NCBI GenBank assembly: GCA_963718525.1
Contig: OY970355.1
Location: forward strand, 1,344,001-1,408,000
Direction: 5' to 3'
Origin: Candidatus Dormiibacterota bacterium
GTDB lineage: Bacteria > Chloroflexota > Dormibacteria > Aeolococcales > Aeolococcaceae
DNA length: 64,000 nucleotides
The stretch's first letter is position 1. Each line of letters opens with the position of its first letter. Positions 26,110 to 36,082 of this stretch are shown here, piece after piece. Position numbers and translations under genes: made by a program. The notes below the pieces were generated by a model, which worked only from the letters and a program-made list of their open reading frames with translations, made no database searches and had not been told where the DNA came from.

Positions 26110-27065
26110 GCGCACTCCTCGATGGCCGCTGCAACCTCGTGTGGGGGAAGAATCGATCTGCGTTCCGCGCAGGCATCGGCCCGCCCCGAGATCAGGTCGA
26201 GAAAGTGGGCGAACTGCAGCGCCAGCGGCTCGCCCGTGTGCCGCACGAACGGGATGTCGACCACCGTCTCGGCGCGGTAGCCGGCCGCCTGGCCCGCACC
26301 GACTCCCTGCGCATGGGCGCGATGGCGGTAGACGGTCAGGTCCTGGCGGAGGAGGTCGACGTCGTACAGCGCCGTCGACGTGGCCACCAGCTGGGAGCGC
26401 ACCTTGCGCTGGCTCGCGCGGCTCGCTGAAAGAGTCGCGATCGCGCCCCCGGGGAATTGGAGGAGGCAATCGGCGACCTCCATGATCGGGTCGCGACCCG
26501 CCGTGCTGGTCGCACCGCACAAGCGAGACGGTCGTGCCCCGGCCATGTAGCAGAGGGCAAGGTCGATCTCATGGATCAGGAGGTCGTGGACGACGCTCAG
26601 GGTGCTTCGGGGCGTTTCCGGTGAGTGGCGCAGCCCGACGATGTGCACCGGCTCTTCGTGCAGCAGGCTGCGCATCGTGGCGACCACAGGGTTGAACCGT
26701 TCGACGAACCCGCACATCAGCGGCACTCCGAGGCGCTCGGCGCACGCCACCAGCGCGCGGCTGGCCTCGAGGCTCGGGGTCACCGGCTTCTCGACCAGGA
26801 TCGGCTTGCGCAGCTCGAGCAGCGCTCGCGCCGCGCCCTCGTGGAACGCGGTCGGGGTCGCGATGACGGCGGCGTCGCACCCGGCAGCCGCATCGAGATC
26901 CTCGGCAAAGTCGCAGCCAAGCCGTTCGGCCAGCGGTCGCACCCGTTCGGGATCCGTGTCGATGATCACCGCGAGGTCGGCGCCGTCGGACTCCGCGATG
27001 ATTCGCGCGTGATTGGCCCCCATCGCCCCGGCTCCGACCAGCGCAATCCGAGCGCGTGCACCCAT
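26106..27065 (-). CDS. Gfo/Idh/MocA NAD-dependent oxidoreductase (nucleotide-sugar 3-dehydrogenase-like)
   Basis: GAGAMG, ATPT..H, VEKP, GFVERFNP, DLLIHEID. Confidence 0.9.
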   Translation of the reverse strand: MGARARIALVGAGAMGANHARIIAESDGADLAVIIDTDPERVRPLAERLGCDFAEDLDAAAGCDAAVIATPTAFHEGAARALLELRKPILVEKPVTPSLEASRALVACAERLGVPLMCGFVERFNPVVATMRSLLHEEPVHIVGLRHSPETPRSTLSVVHDLLIHEIDLALCYMAGARPSRLCGATSTAGRDPIMEVADCLLQFPGGAIATLSASRASQRKVRSQLVATSTALYDVDLLRQDLTVYRHRAHAQGVGAGQAAGYRAETVVDIPFVRHTGEPLALQFAHFLDLISGRADACAERRSILPPHEVAAAIEECA

Positions 27066-27075
27066 GGGCGCAGTC

Positions 27076-28389
27076 TCAGCCCGGCGGGCCTCCCAGATCG
27101 AAGATTTGCAGGTCCGTTTCGATAGCGCCGCGCTCCCGCAACAGCGGGACGAGCAGGGCGGCCATCACCGCCGCCGAAGCGATCGCCCCGCACAGCAGTC
27201 CCAACTCGACACGAAGGAAGAGTGACGACCCGACCGCGGTGACGACGAAGAACACGATCGCGCCGGCCGTCCATCCCAGCGCGACCCGCCGGTACCCGGA
27301 GAGCGAGATCAGGACGTAGCCGAAGATCTGCGTGAAGATGAACCCGATGCAGCTCGCGGAGAGCAGCGCGAAGTCGAGGTTGCTCAATTCGAATCCATGG
27401 CCGAAGAGGATCCGGGTCACGCTCGGCCCGAGGAACGTGAAGCCGGCGATGGCGACCGCACCCAGACCGGCCATGAGGAGCAGGAGGCGGGTGAGCAGCG
27501 CCTGAAACTCGTCGTGGCGTCCGCCCGTGGCGAGCGTGGAGAGCTTGGGGAGCAGCGCTGACTGGACCGCCTGGAAGAGAAATATCGGGACGTAGGCGAC
27601 AATGCGGCTCAGCTGGAAGCGCCCGGCGGCGGTCTGCTGCGCCGGCGTTGCAAGCAGCTGCACGGCGACGGCGCCGACGCTGAGGAGCAGCTGGGTGAAC
27701 ACCGAGGCGATCAGGAGGAACCCGAGCGCATGGGTGATCTCCCCCCACGGGGCCGGAGGTCCGGGACGCAGCAATCCGCGCCTGCCGATGGTCGCCAGCG
27801 CAATCGCTGCGAACGACGCGACGATGAGCGAGATCCCGTACGGCCCCGCGGTCTTGACGCCGACGATCGCGAGAATCGCGGCGAACGCCACCCGCAGCGC
27901 CCCTTCACCGCCGAGCAGGATTCCGTAGGCACCGAAGCGCGCATTCCCCGCCAGGGCGCCGCGAGCGAGGAACTCGCACAGGTACGCGGCGAACCCGCCG
28001 ATCAGGCCGGCGAGCAGGGCAGCGTCGCCCTTGAAGACATGCTGGTCGATCGGGTTCGCCGCCGCCAGGGTGGCGACGATCAACACGACGGCGAGGATGC
28101 TTCCGAGCAGCGCGGCGCGCATGAACACCGGGCGCCCGCCCTCGTTGCGCACGCGTCGGGCGGCGATCGCCCGTCCGGTCTCCTGCTCGAGAGGAAGGAA
28201 GAACCCAGGACCGCAGACGAAGAGCAGCGCCCAGAAAACCGACAGCGGCGCGAATCGAGCGGTGCCGAGGGCGCGGGCTGCGACCACGAGGAAGCCGTAC
28301 TGCATGACACCGGCGAGCCCGAGGCCGATGGCGACCGGGATCGTCCCCACCGGCAGCGGCAGCGCGCGCACCCGTTCGAGAACCTTCAT
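27076..28389 (-). CDS. multi-TM MOP/Wzx-like flippase
   Basis: about 12 hydrophobic helices; PLEQETGR; sits at the head of the sugar operon. Confidence 0.72.
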   Translation of the reverse strand: MKVLERVRALPLPVGTIPVAIGLGLAGVMQYGFLVVAARALGTARFAPLSVFWALLFVCGPGFFLPLEQETGRAIAARRVRNEGGRPVFMRAALLGSILAVVLIVATLAAANPIDQHVFKGDAALLAGLIGGFAAYLCEFLARGALAGNARFGAYGILLGGEGALRVAFAAILAIVGVKTAGPYGISLIVASFAAIALATIGRRGLLRPGPPAPWGEITHALGFLLIASVFTQLLLSVGAVAVQLLATPAQQTAAGRFQLSRIVAYVPIFLFQAVQSALLPKLSTLATGGRHDEFQALLTRLLLLMAGLGAVAIAGFTFLGPSVTRILFGHGFELSNLDFALLSASCIGFIFTQIFGYVLISLSGYRRVALGWTAGAIVFFVVTAVGSSLFLRVELGLLCGAIASAAVMAALLVPLLRERGAIETDLQIFDLGGPPG

Positions 28390-28414
28390 GACCAGGCCGG
28401 AGGAGGGGAGGCCC

Positions 28415-29683
28415 CTACGGGTAGATGCCTCGCACTGCCGTCGCGTCGGCGACCCGCTTCACCGCGACGAGGTAGGCGCCCAGGCGGAGCGACACGTGAT
28501 GGAGGTCGGCCTGGTCGCACATCTGGCCGAACGCCTTCTGCAGGATCTTCTTCAGCCGGACATTGATCTCGTCCTCCTCCCAGAAGAGCGACTGCAGATC
28601 CTGGACCCACTCGAAATACGAGACCGTCACACCGCCGGCGTTGGCGAGGATGTCGGGCACCACGGTGATCCCGCGACGTTCGAGGATGGTGTCCGCGTCG
28701 GGAGTTGTCGGCCCGTTGGCCCCCTCCACGATGAGCCGCGCCTGGATCCTGCCTGCGTTGCGCGCGGTGATCTGGTTCTCCATGGCCGCGGGCACGAGCA
28801 CGTCGACCCCGAGCTCCAGGAGCTCGGTATTGGTGACGGGCTCGGTGCCGGGAAATCCGTGAACGCCTCCGTGCTGCTGCCGGTGCGCGAGCAGTGCCGG
28901 GATGTCGAGACCGTCCCTGCAGTACACGCCGCCGCTCACATCCGCGATCGCGCAGATCGTGAATCCCGATTCATGCATCAGCTGCGCGGCCCAGCTGCCG
29001 ACGTTGCCGAAGCCCTGAAGGGCGACCGTCGTCTGCGACGGTTCCATTCCCAGGCGTTTGCACGCCTCGATGGCGACGATGTTCACGCCACGTCCGGTCG
29101 CGCTCGGGCGCCCCTCGCTACCGCCGATCTCCAGGGGCTTGCCGGTCACGGAGGCGGGGACCGAATACCCGGCCTGCATCGAGATCGTGTCCATGATCCA
29201 GGCCATGATCTCGGCGTTCGTGTTGACATCCGGCGCGGGGATGTCCGACTCCGGTCCCACCAGGACGCTGATCTCGGCGGCGAACCGGCGGGTGAGACGT
29301 TCGAGCTCTCGATGACTGAGCGTGGCGGGGTCGACGGCAACACCGCCCTTGGCACCGCCGTACGGCAGATTCGCGAGCGCGCACTTCCAGGTCATCCACA
29401 TCGCCAGTGCCTTGACCTCGTCGATGTCGGTCGCCGGATGAAACCGAAGGCCGCCCTTCGCAGGGCCACGAGTTACGTTGTGCTGGACGCGATAGCCCTC
29501 GAACATGCGGACGCTGCCGTCGTCCATCTTCACGGGGAAGCGCACGACCAGCTCCCGCCGAACCTCACGCAGCACCGCCCGCAAGCCCGATGAGAGATTG
29601 AGGATCTCAGCGGCATTGTCGAACTGGCGCTGGGCGTTCAGCCAGGGAGAGTCCACCACCGCCGGCGCGGCAACCGTGCTCAC
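28415..29683 (-). CDS. gdhA: Glu/Leu/Phe/Val dehydrogenase, probably glutamate dehydrogenase
   Basis: RGPAKGGLRF, MTWKCA, GGAKGG, DIPAPDVNT, QGFGNVG, EGANGP, VSYFEW; GTG 29683 with TAGGCT 7 nt upstream. Confidence 0.92.
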   Translation of the reverse strand: MSTVAAPAVVDSPWLNAQRQFDNAAEILNLSSGLRAVLREVRRELVVRFPVKMDDGSVRMFEGYRVQHNVTRGPAKGGLRFHPATDIDEVKALAMWMTWKCALANLPYGGAKGGVAVDPATLSHRELERLTRRFAAEISVLVGPESDIPAPDVNTNAEIMAWIMDTISMQAGYSVPASVTGKPLEIGGSEGRPSATGRGVNIVAIEACKRLGMEPSQTTVALQGFGNVGSWAAQLMHESGFTICAIADVSGGVYCRDGLDIPALLAHRQQHGGVHGFPGTEPVTNTELLELGVDVLVPAAMENQITARNAGRIQARLIVEGANGPTTPDADTILERRGITVVPDILANAGGVTVSYFEWVQDLQSLFWEEDEINVRLKKILQKAFGQMCDQADLHHVSLRLGAYLVAVKRVADATAVRGIYP

Positions 29684-29759
29684 GCTCAGGAGCCTAGCAG
29701 GCTCCCGCGCGCTTGGACGCAGCGAGGCGCACGCCGCCGGCACCTCTATACTGCCGCGA

Positions 29760-30080
29760 ATGTCCGAGACGGAGAGCGCCGAAGTGACGCCCGCCGCCGC
29801 GAGCGAAGCGATCGCCGACGGCGCCGTCCTCATCGACGTACGCGAGAAGTCGGAGTACGACGAGGCGCACATTCCCGGCTCGGTGCTGATCCCCCTGGGG
29901 CAGCTGGGAACTCGTCTCGACGAGGTCCCGACGGACCGGGATGTCTACGTGCACTGCCGGATGGGCGGTCGCAGCGCTCGCGCCGTCGACTACCTGCGGG
30001 CCGTCGGCCGGGCGAACTCCTACAACGTTTCTGGCGGGATCGAAGCCTGGGAGGAGGCCGGCCTGCCCGTGGCGCGCTGA
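29760..30080 (+). CDS. single-domain rhodanese
   Basis: IDVRE..EY...HIPG, HCRMGGRS, GGIEAW; TATACT 7 nt upstream. Confidence 0.9.
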   Translation: MSETESAEVTPAAASEAIADGAVLIDVREKSEYDEAHIPGSVLIPLGQLGTRLDEVPTDRDVYVHCRMGGRSARAVDYLRAVGRANSYNVSGGIEAWEEAGLPVAR

Positions 30081-30092
30081 CCGACCCGATCG

Positions 30093-30812
30093 TCAGCGGA
30101 CGGCGAAGGCGGTTGAACCGACAAGCTCGCCTCGATAGGTGATGGTCACCGTGTAGTTGCCGGGCGCGAAGCCGCCCCCGGGCGGGCTGAGCGCGACCAC
30201 TGTTGCGCCGGATTGGTTGAGCACATACGCGTTCTGGATGATCGTCTGCGCCGGCTGGCCCACGGACACCACGATCTGCACCGGAGCCTGGCCGGCGGGT
30301 CCCCCGGAGTTCACCTCGATGTCGACGACGGGCGTCTTCGCGGGGAACGAGACCTGCGTCTCGGGCACGGTTCCGGTACCACCGGGCGCCGAGGCAACAG
30401 GACGAACCCCGGTCAGCGAGATCTCCTGGGCGGTGTGCGCGGGCGTCTGTGGCGCCGCCGCGGGCTGGAGCAAACGGATCGTGATCAAGGCGATGAGGAG
30501 GATACCGACGAGGGTCGATCCGATGACGGCCAGGGGCAGTCTCGACCGGTGGTGCTCCAACGGTGGTGGCGGCTCCGGAGGCAGCTGCGAGAGCGACCCG
30601 CGGTGCGGAGCTCCGGCCTCGGCGATCGGCGAGAGAATCGGTTCCATCGCGGCGGCGACTGTCCATGGTCTCCCGACGGCCTCGAGCGGTGGCTTCGGGG
30701 CCGCTGGTGCGGCTGCGTGGGTTGCCGGGGGCCCCAGGCGCGCAGCGACATCAACGACACCGTCAATCGCGTTGGCGAGCCGGCCCCGTAGGAGCGAGCG
30801 CTGGTCAGGCAT
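30093..30812 (-). CDS. hypothetical single-TM protein with a C-terminal beta-sandwich-like domain
   Basis: Pro-rich N-terminus, one TM helix, PGNYTVTITY...GSTAFAV; overlaps the stop of the GT-C gene. Confidence 0.6.
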   Translation of the reverse strand: MPDQRSLLRGRLANAIDGVVDVAARLGPPATHAAAPAAPKPPLEAVGRPWTVAAAMEPILSPIAEAGAPHRGSLSQLPPEPPPPLEHHRSRLPLAVIGSTLVGILLIALITIRLLQPAAAPQTPAHTAQEISLTGVRPVASAPGGTGTVPETQVSFPAKTPVVDIEVNSGGPAGQAPVQIVVSVGQPAQTIIQNAYVLNQSGATVVALSPPGGGFAPGNYTVTITYRGELVGSTAFAVR

Positions 30813-32016
30813 TGCCGACACCTGCGGCAGAGCGCCTGCCCAGCTTGATTGCGACGCCGCCGGACCCCGCGCGGGCTGCCTGCCAGACCACCGCGACCAG
30901 CCCAGCCAGGAGCACCACGGCGACGGTGCTCTCGTTGAACGAGATCAAGGGGTTGAACAGTGACGCCGCCGTGTACGCCCCCACCAGGGCCACTGCGACC
31001 ACCGGGGCTCGCGGTGCGAGGACGGCAACTGGAACGGCGAGAAGCATGAGGCTGTAGTCGCCGAGGTGCGGCGAGAGCACGACCGAGAGTCCGATCGCGA
31101 TCGCGACCGCCGGAACCACGTTGCGCCGCATCGTGTCGCGAAGCACGAACATGGCGAGCACGGCGGACGCCGCCAGGGCCAGTGCCGCCGCCCAGGCGGC
31201 TGCGTTGCTCGCGAGGGGCCGCGCGATGAGGGTGGGAATCGAGTTGCTCTGAAGATCCAGGTGGGCATACGCCGGAGCCGTGACGAGGCCAACGGCGTCC
31301 AGGAGATGCGTGGAGCCTGCGACCGCGACCGACCCGATCAGCACAACCACTGCGCCGGCGGCGAGAGCGCCGAGCATCCGCCACTGCCTGGCCACGATCA
31401 GGGCCGGGGGCACGAGCCAGACGAGTTGCGGCTTGAGCAGGAGCGGGGCGAGCAGCAGGCCGGCGAACACCGGGCGCCCCCCGGCGAGCGCCTCGATGGC
31501 GAGCGTCGCAGCGAGCAGCATGAGACCGTCCGACTGGCCGAGGAGGATGCCGGTCCCGGCTTCCAGCGAGAACACTGCGATGACCACCAGGCTCACGGCC
31601 AGCGGCGTCCCGAGTAGGGGGGCTGCGCGACGGGCGAGGATCGCCGCCGAAAGCGTCATCGCCACGATGTTCAGGGTCACGAACACGTCGGTCCCTGTCT
31701 GCAACGGCAGCACTGCGAGCGGCTGGATCAGCCACGCCATCAGGGCTGGGTTGACGAAGGGGATCGGAAACGTGCCGCTCGCGGCGGGCGTGTACCCCAG
31801 CAGCTGCGCCTGAGCCGCGGCGAGGGCGCCGGGGCAGTAGACGCACGCGGATCCCCCGTGGACCACCCGCCCGGCGGAAGCGATCGCGAGGTAATCGACG
31901 GCTGAGCCGCCGCCGAACACGGTGTGCAGGTCGGCGATGGATCTGACCATCAGGTACACGGCGCAGACGCCCGCGACGCCGATGACCCATCGCCACCTCA
32001 AGGGTGCGCTGACCAT
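30805..32016 (-). CDS. GT-C membrane glycosyltransferase (GT87/DUF2029-like)
   Basis: DY after TM1, PFVNPA, LGQSD, LLKPQL, SPHLGDY; many TM helices. Confidence 0.78.
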   Translation of the reverse strand: MVSAPLRWRWVIGVAGVCAVYLMVRSIADLHTVFGGGSAVDYLAIASAGRVVHGGSACVYCPGALAAAQAQLLGYTPAASGTFPIPFVNPALMAWLIQPLAVLPLQTGTDVFVTLNIVAMTLSAAILARRAAPLLGTPLAVSLVVIAVFSLEAGTGILLGQSDGLMLLAATLAIEALAGGRPVFAGLLLAPLLLKPQLVWLVPPALIVARQWRMLGALAAGAVVVLIGSVAVAGSTHLLDAVGLVTAPAYAHLDLQSNSIPTLIARPLASNAAAWAAALALAASAVLAMFVLRDTMRRNVVPAVAIAIGLSVVLSPHLGDYSLMLLAVPVAVLAPRAPVVAVALVGAYTAASLFNPLISFNESTVAVVLLAGLVAVVWQAARAGSGGVAIKLGRRSAAGVGNA

Positions 32017-32129
32017 CCGCGGCCAACCTACCAGAGCCAAATCGCATTGGAACCCGGTGTGCGAAACCGTCACCCGAGGGATATCCACTCGTTCGACCGG
32101 TGCTAGCATGCGCCCGGGTGAGGAGTGCA

Positions 32130-33050
32130 TTGGATACGGCCCACGACGAATCAGCGCCGGAGCGGGGCGATGCGGAGGCCGAGCACGACGGGTTCGTCGC
32201 GGCAGACTACGGCGCCGGCTACTACGGCCACTACGCCGCGGCCGGCGTCAGCTACGAGCGGACACCGCTCTGGCTGGAATTCTTCGGCCACGTCGCCGAC
32301 CGCCTGATCGAGGACTTCCACCCCAAGACTTCGCTCGACGCCGGATGCGCCATCGGGTTGCTCGTCGAAGCCCTACGGGCCCGAGGCGTCGACGCCGAGG
32401 GAGTCGACTTCAGCGAGTTCGCGATCGAACACGCTCCGGAGGACCTCCGACCCTTCCTCAGGGTCGGGTCGATCACCGAACCGCTCTCGCGGCGCTACGA
32501 CGTCATCACCTGCTTCGAGGTCGTCGAGCACATGTCGCCACAGGACGCCGATCGCGCCATCGCCAATCTCTGCTCCTTCACGGACGACGTGATCCTCACC
32601 TCAACGCCGATCCACTATCGCGATCCCACGCACACCAACATCCATCCGCAGGAGTACTGGACCGAGCGGTTCGCTCGCCAGGGCTTCATCCGCGATGTCG
32701 AGTACGACGGCTCGTACATCGCCCCATGGGCGGCGCGTTACCGGAGATCCGACGAACCGATCCATCGGGTGGTCGCCGGCTACGATCGAGCCTACTCGAG
32801 GATGCAGCACGAGCTCCAGGAGCGCAACGCCGTCGTGGTCGACCAGATGCGCGAGCTCACGGAGCTGCACGAACGCCTGCGCACCGCTGAGAGCACGATG
32901 GCCTGGAGCCGGCGCCGCTCGGTGCGCCTCGCCATGAGGGTGGACGACGCCATGGTCAAAGCCGCGCCACTCGGAACCTCGAGACGGCGGTTGCTGCAAC
33001 GGGCGCTCAGAACCGTGGATCGGCTGCGAGGGCATTCGCCGGAGGCGTGA
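32130..33050 (+). CDS. class I SAM methyltransferase with a C-terminal coiled coil
   Basis: LDAGCAIG, GVDFS, CFEVVEH, HTNIHPQEYW; heptad region QHELQERN...LHERLRTAE; AGGAG before TTG. Confidence 0.82.
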   Translation: MDTAHDESAPERGDAEAEHDGFVAADYGAGYYGHYAAAGVSYERTPLWLEFFGHVADRLIEDFHPKTSLDAGCAIGLLVEALRARGVDAEGVDFSEFAIEHAPEDLRPFLRVGSITEPLSRRYDVITCFEVVEHMSPQDADRAIANLCSFTDDVILTSTPIHYRDPTHTNIHPQEYWTERFARQGFIRDVEYDGSYIAPWAARYRRSDEPIHRVVAGYDRAYSRMQHELQERNAVVVDQMRELTELHERLRTAESTMAWSRRRSVRLAMRVDDAMVKAAPLGTSRRRLLQRALRTVDRLRGHSPEA

Positions 33051-33097
33051 CCGGCTCACGCCTCGGCTCGGCTCCACCACCACCGTAGGATCGAGCC

Positions 33098-33937
33098 GTG
33101 ACCGATCCCACATCCCTGCCCGCACTGGCTCCGATCGCGACGGTCGTGGTGCTGCTCGAGGTGGCCGCCGGCACCACGGTGGCCGCGTATGCGGTGGACC
33201 TGGTCGGCAAGGTCGGGCGAGGATTCGTGGGCACCACGTCGCTCATCTGTGCCGGTGTCATGGCGCTCGACGTGCTCCTCGAGGCGCTGCTGCCGTCAGG
33301 CACGTCGCTGCTCGGAGCGCCACTGCCGTCCGGTGCGCAGGCATCGCTGTTCCACTGGTCGATCGCGTTCACCGTCGCGCTCCTCGGGTACGCGTTCTTC
33401 TGCTCGGTGATGACCGACATCGCGCGCCGCGTCGTGGGCGCGATTGCGATCGGCTTCGGCGCCATGGCCATCGCGAAGGCCGCAGCAGCCTTCGGTCCTT
33501 CGCTCGGGGGAGTGGGTACGGCGGTGGTCGCCTTCGTACCCGCGGCGCTCGTGTCCGGGAGCGCGCTCGCCGGCATGCTGCTCGGCCACTGGTACCTGGT
33601 TGCTCCCAACCTCTCGTTCCGTCCGCTGCGCCGGGCCATCGATGTGGTCTTCATCGCCGTGGCGGTCCAGGCAGTGGTGATCGTGCTGGTCATCGTCACC
33701 ACAGGTGCGACGGTGCGGCACGAGCTGCTCTGGTCCGGCGACGCCGTGCCCTTCTGGCTGCTCGTGGTGGGGTCCGGGATCGTTTTCACCACCGGGGTGG
33801 CGCTGCTCACCAGGCACTTCGCCCGGATCCGCGCCAACCAACCGGCGACCGCGATGCTCTACGTGCTGATCATCAGCGTCGTCATGGGTGTCGTCCCCGC
33901 GCACCTGCTCTTCTTCGTCACGGGTGCGCCGATCTGA
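33098..33937 (+). CDS. conserved-looking multi-TM hypothetical protein
   Basis: about 8 TM helices; GMLLGHWYL and ATAMLY motifs; TAGGAT 6 nt before the GTG. Confidence 0.7.
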   Translation: MTDPTSLPALAPIATVVVLLEVAAGTTVAAYAVDLVGKVGRGFVGTTSLICAGVMALDVLLEALLPSGTSLLGAPLPSGAQASLFHWSIAFTVALLGYAFFCSVMTDIARRVVGAIAIGFGAMAIAKAAAAFGPSLGGVGTAVVAFVPAALVSGSALAGMLLGHWYLVAPNLSFRPLRRAIDVVFIAVAVQAVVIVLVIVTTGATVRHELLWSGDAVPFWLLVVGSGIVFTTGVALLTRHFARIRANQPATAMLYVLIISVVMGVVPAHLLFFVTGAPI

Positions 33938-33971
33938 TAGGGGTGCCTGCCCGGGCTCAAGAGCGCTGCGG

Positions 33972-35234
33972 TTACCCCGCGGTCTGGGGGACGGCGCTGC
34001 TCCGCACGTCCTGCTCCTGCGCCACCTGCCACCGGCCGCGCATCTCGACGATGCCGATGTGGCCGCCCATGTTGTTGATGTGAAAGGTCGCCGCGGGATC
34101 GGCGAAGTCGTAGCGATGACTGCCGGACACATCCTGCAGGACGACCTGGATGATGTAGCCGCCGGCGAGCAATGGCAGCGAGTCGATCGCGTAGCGGATG
34201 GAGATGGATTCGCCAGGCGAATGACTGGTGATCGTGACATGGTCCAGAAACGTGTTCGTGCCTGCCAGCAGCATGCCATCTGCGCGACGAATCGCAAGAC
34301 CGCACACAACGTCGCCGACATCGCTGTGGGCAAGCACGTGCATGTCCAGCGTCATCGCGCTGCCGGTGTCGAAGCAACTCGTGCTCCGGCCGCTGGCATC
34401 GAGCAAGCTCGCCGAGACAAGCTCGATCGCTCGCGAACCCCACTGAGCGGGATCGGCGCGTCGCAGCTCCTGCGGCACGTCGCGCTCGGCGGCGAGCGCG
34501 TGGTCGGCGATCATGCGGTGATACGTGGACGTGACCTCGGCGGCGGGGCCGTCAGCGATGATCTCCCCGCGGTTGAGCAGGAGCACTCGGTCGCAGTACT
34601 CCTCGAGAGCGCCAAGGTCGTGGCTCACCAGGACGATGGTCTTGCCTTCACGCTTGTACCGGCTGAAGGTGTCGAAGCACTTTTCCTGGAAGCTCGCGTC
34701 ACCCACCGCGAGGACCTCGTCCATCACCAGGAGATCGGTCTCCGCGAGGATCGCGACGCTGAACGCGAGACGCACCTGCATGCCGGATGAAAAGTTCTTG
34801 AGCTTCTGCTCGGCAAAGTCCTCGAGCTCGGCGAACGCGAAGACCTCGTCAATCTTGTCCCGCAGCTGCGCACGGGTGAGGCCGAGCATCGCGCCGCCGA
34901 GGAAGACGTTCTCTCGGGCGGTGAGCTCCGGGTTGAACCCCACGCCGAGCTCAAGGAACGCGGAGAACTCGCCGTTGACCCGTGCATATCCCGAGTCAGC
35001 TTCGTAGATGCGGCAGAGGATCTTCAGCAGCGTGCTCTTGCCACAGCCATTCGGTCCGGCCACTCCGAGAAACTGCCCGGCAGGCACCTCGAACGAGACG
35101 TCGTTGAGTGCGATGAGGTCTCGGTAGCGGGATGCGCTGCGCCAGTGCGTGACTCGATATTTGAGCGTGGTGCTCTTGTCGAGCGGCAGGCGAAATCGCT
35201 TTCGGAGGTCGGAGACCTCGACGACCGGCTTCAC
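33972..35234 (-). CDS. wzt: polysaccharide ABC exporter ATPase with a C-terminal carbohydrate-binding domain (Wzt)
   Basis: GPNGCGKST, GFNPELTAREN, FSSGM, DEVLAVGD, VSHD; ~150-aa Wzt_C-like extension. Confidence 0.92.
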   Translation of the reverse strand: MKPVVEVSDLRKRFRLPLDKSTTLKYRVTHWRSASRYRDLIALNDVSFEVPAGQFLGVAGPNGCGKSTLLKILCRIYEADSGYARVNGEFSAFLELGVGFNPELTARENVFLGGAMLGLTRAQLRDKIDEVFAFAELEDFAEQKLKNFSSGMQVRLAFSVAILAETDLLVMDEVLAVGDASFQEKCFDTFSRYKREGKTIVLVSHDLGALEEYCDRVLLLNRGEIIADGPAAEVTSTYHRMIADHALAAERDVPQELRRADPAQWGSRAIELVSASLLDASGRSTSCFDTGSAMTLDMHVLAHSDVGDVVCGLAIRRADGMLLAGTNTFLDHVTITSHSPGESISIRYAIDSLPLLAGGYIIQVVLQDVSGSHRYDFADPAATFHINNMGGHIGIVEMRGRWQVAQEQDVRSSAVPQTAG

Positions 35235-36082
35235 AACGACTCGGCGAAGCGCGGCGTGAGCCTGTGGAAGACGGCGAAACCAAGCAGGAAGATGCCGATG
35301 GTCAGCACGATCGGGACGATCTCCAGCGGGCCGATGAAGGACGCCATGGAGCGCACCTTCCCCGGGTTGATGAGCACGTGGCGGAGGTCCGTGATGATTT
35401 GTGCGATTGGATTCACGCCGGCCAGATATGCCAGCTTCTTGGAGTGATCCCAGACGGTCTGGAAGGGAATGACAACAGCCGACCCGTAGAAGAGCACCAG
35501 CGACACGATCTCCCAGATGTGTCCGAGGTCGCGGAAGAAGACAAATAGCGACGACAGAAGGAGCGAGAGTCCCAGGATCAACACGACCAGCTCGAGGTAA
35601 TAGAGGATCGCCACCAGGCTGAGCCAGGTGAGATCGAGCTGACCCAGCGCAAACGTCACGATCAGCACGAGCGCAGTGTTGATCGTGAAGGTCAGCAGTG
35701 CGCTCGTCATCGACGAGGCGACGAGGATCCATCGCGGGAAGTACGCCTTGCGAATCAGGTCGCCGCTTCCCGCAATCGCGTTCATCGCGTTGGTCGTGGC
35801 CTCGGTGAAGAATGTCCACGCCACGATCGCGACCAGCAGCTGAATTGGAAACTCCCACTGGCCCTGCCCGGCCTTGAGCAGAATGCTGAAGACGAGCAGC
35901 ATGATGCCGAAGAGCATCAGCGGCTTGACGAGCGACCAGACGTACCCGAGGGCGGAGCCCGTGTACTTGAGCTTGAACGCCGTGATCGACAGCTCCCGGA
36001 TGAGGTTCAGATTCCGCTGGAAGACGCTTCGAGAGCGCGGAACGCCTTCAAGGATGTGGCTGTCGTGCACTGCAACGGTCAT
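35231..36082 (-). CDS. wzm: polysaccharide ABC exporter permease (Wzm)
   Basis: KYTGSALGYVWSLVKPL, LIRKAYFPR, FFRDLGHIW, NP. Confidence 0.92.
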   Translation of the reverse strand: MTVAVHDSHILEGVPRSRSVFQRNLNLIRELSITAFKLKYTGSALGYVWSLVKPLMLFGIMLLVFSILLKAGQGQWEFPIQLLVAIVAWTFFTEATTNAMNAIAGSGDLIRKAYFPRWILVASSMTSALLTFTINTALVLIVTFALGQLDLTWLSLVAILYYLELVVLILGLSLLLSSLFVFFRDLGHIWEIVSLVLFYGSAVVIPFQTVWDHSKKLAYLAGVNPIAQIITDLRHVLINPGKVRSMASFIGPLEIVPIVLTIGIFLLGFAVFHRLTPRFAESL

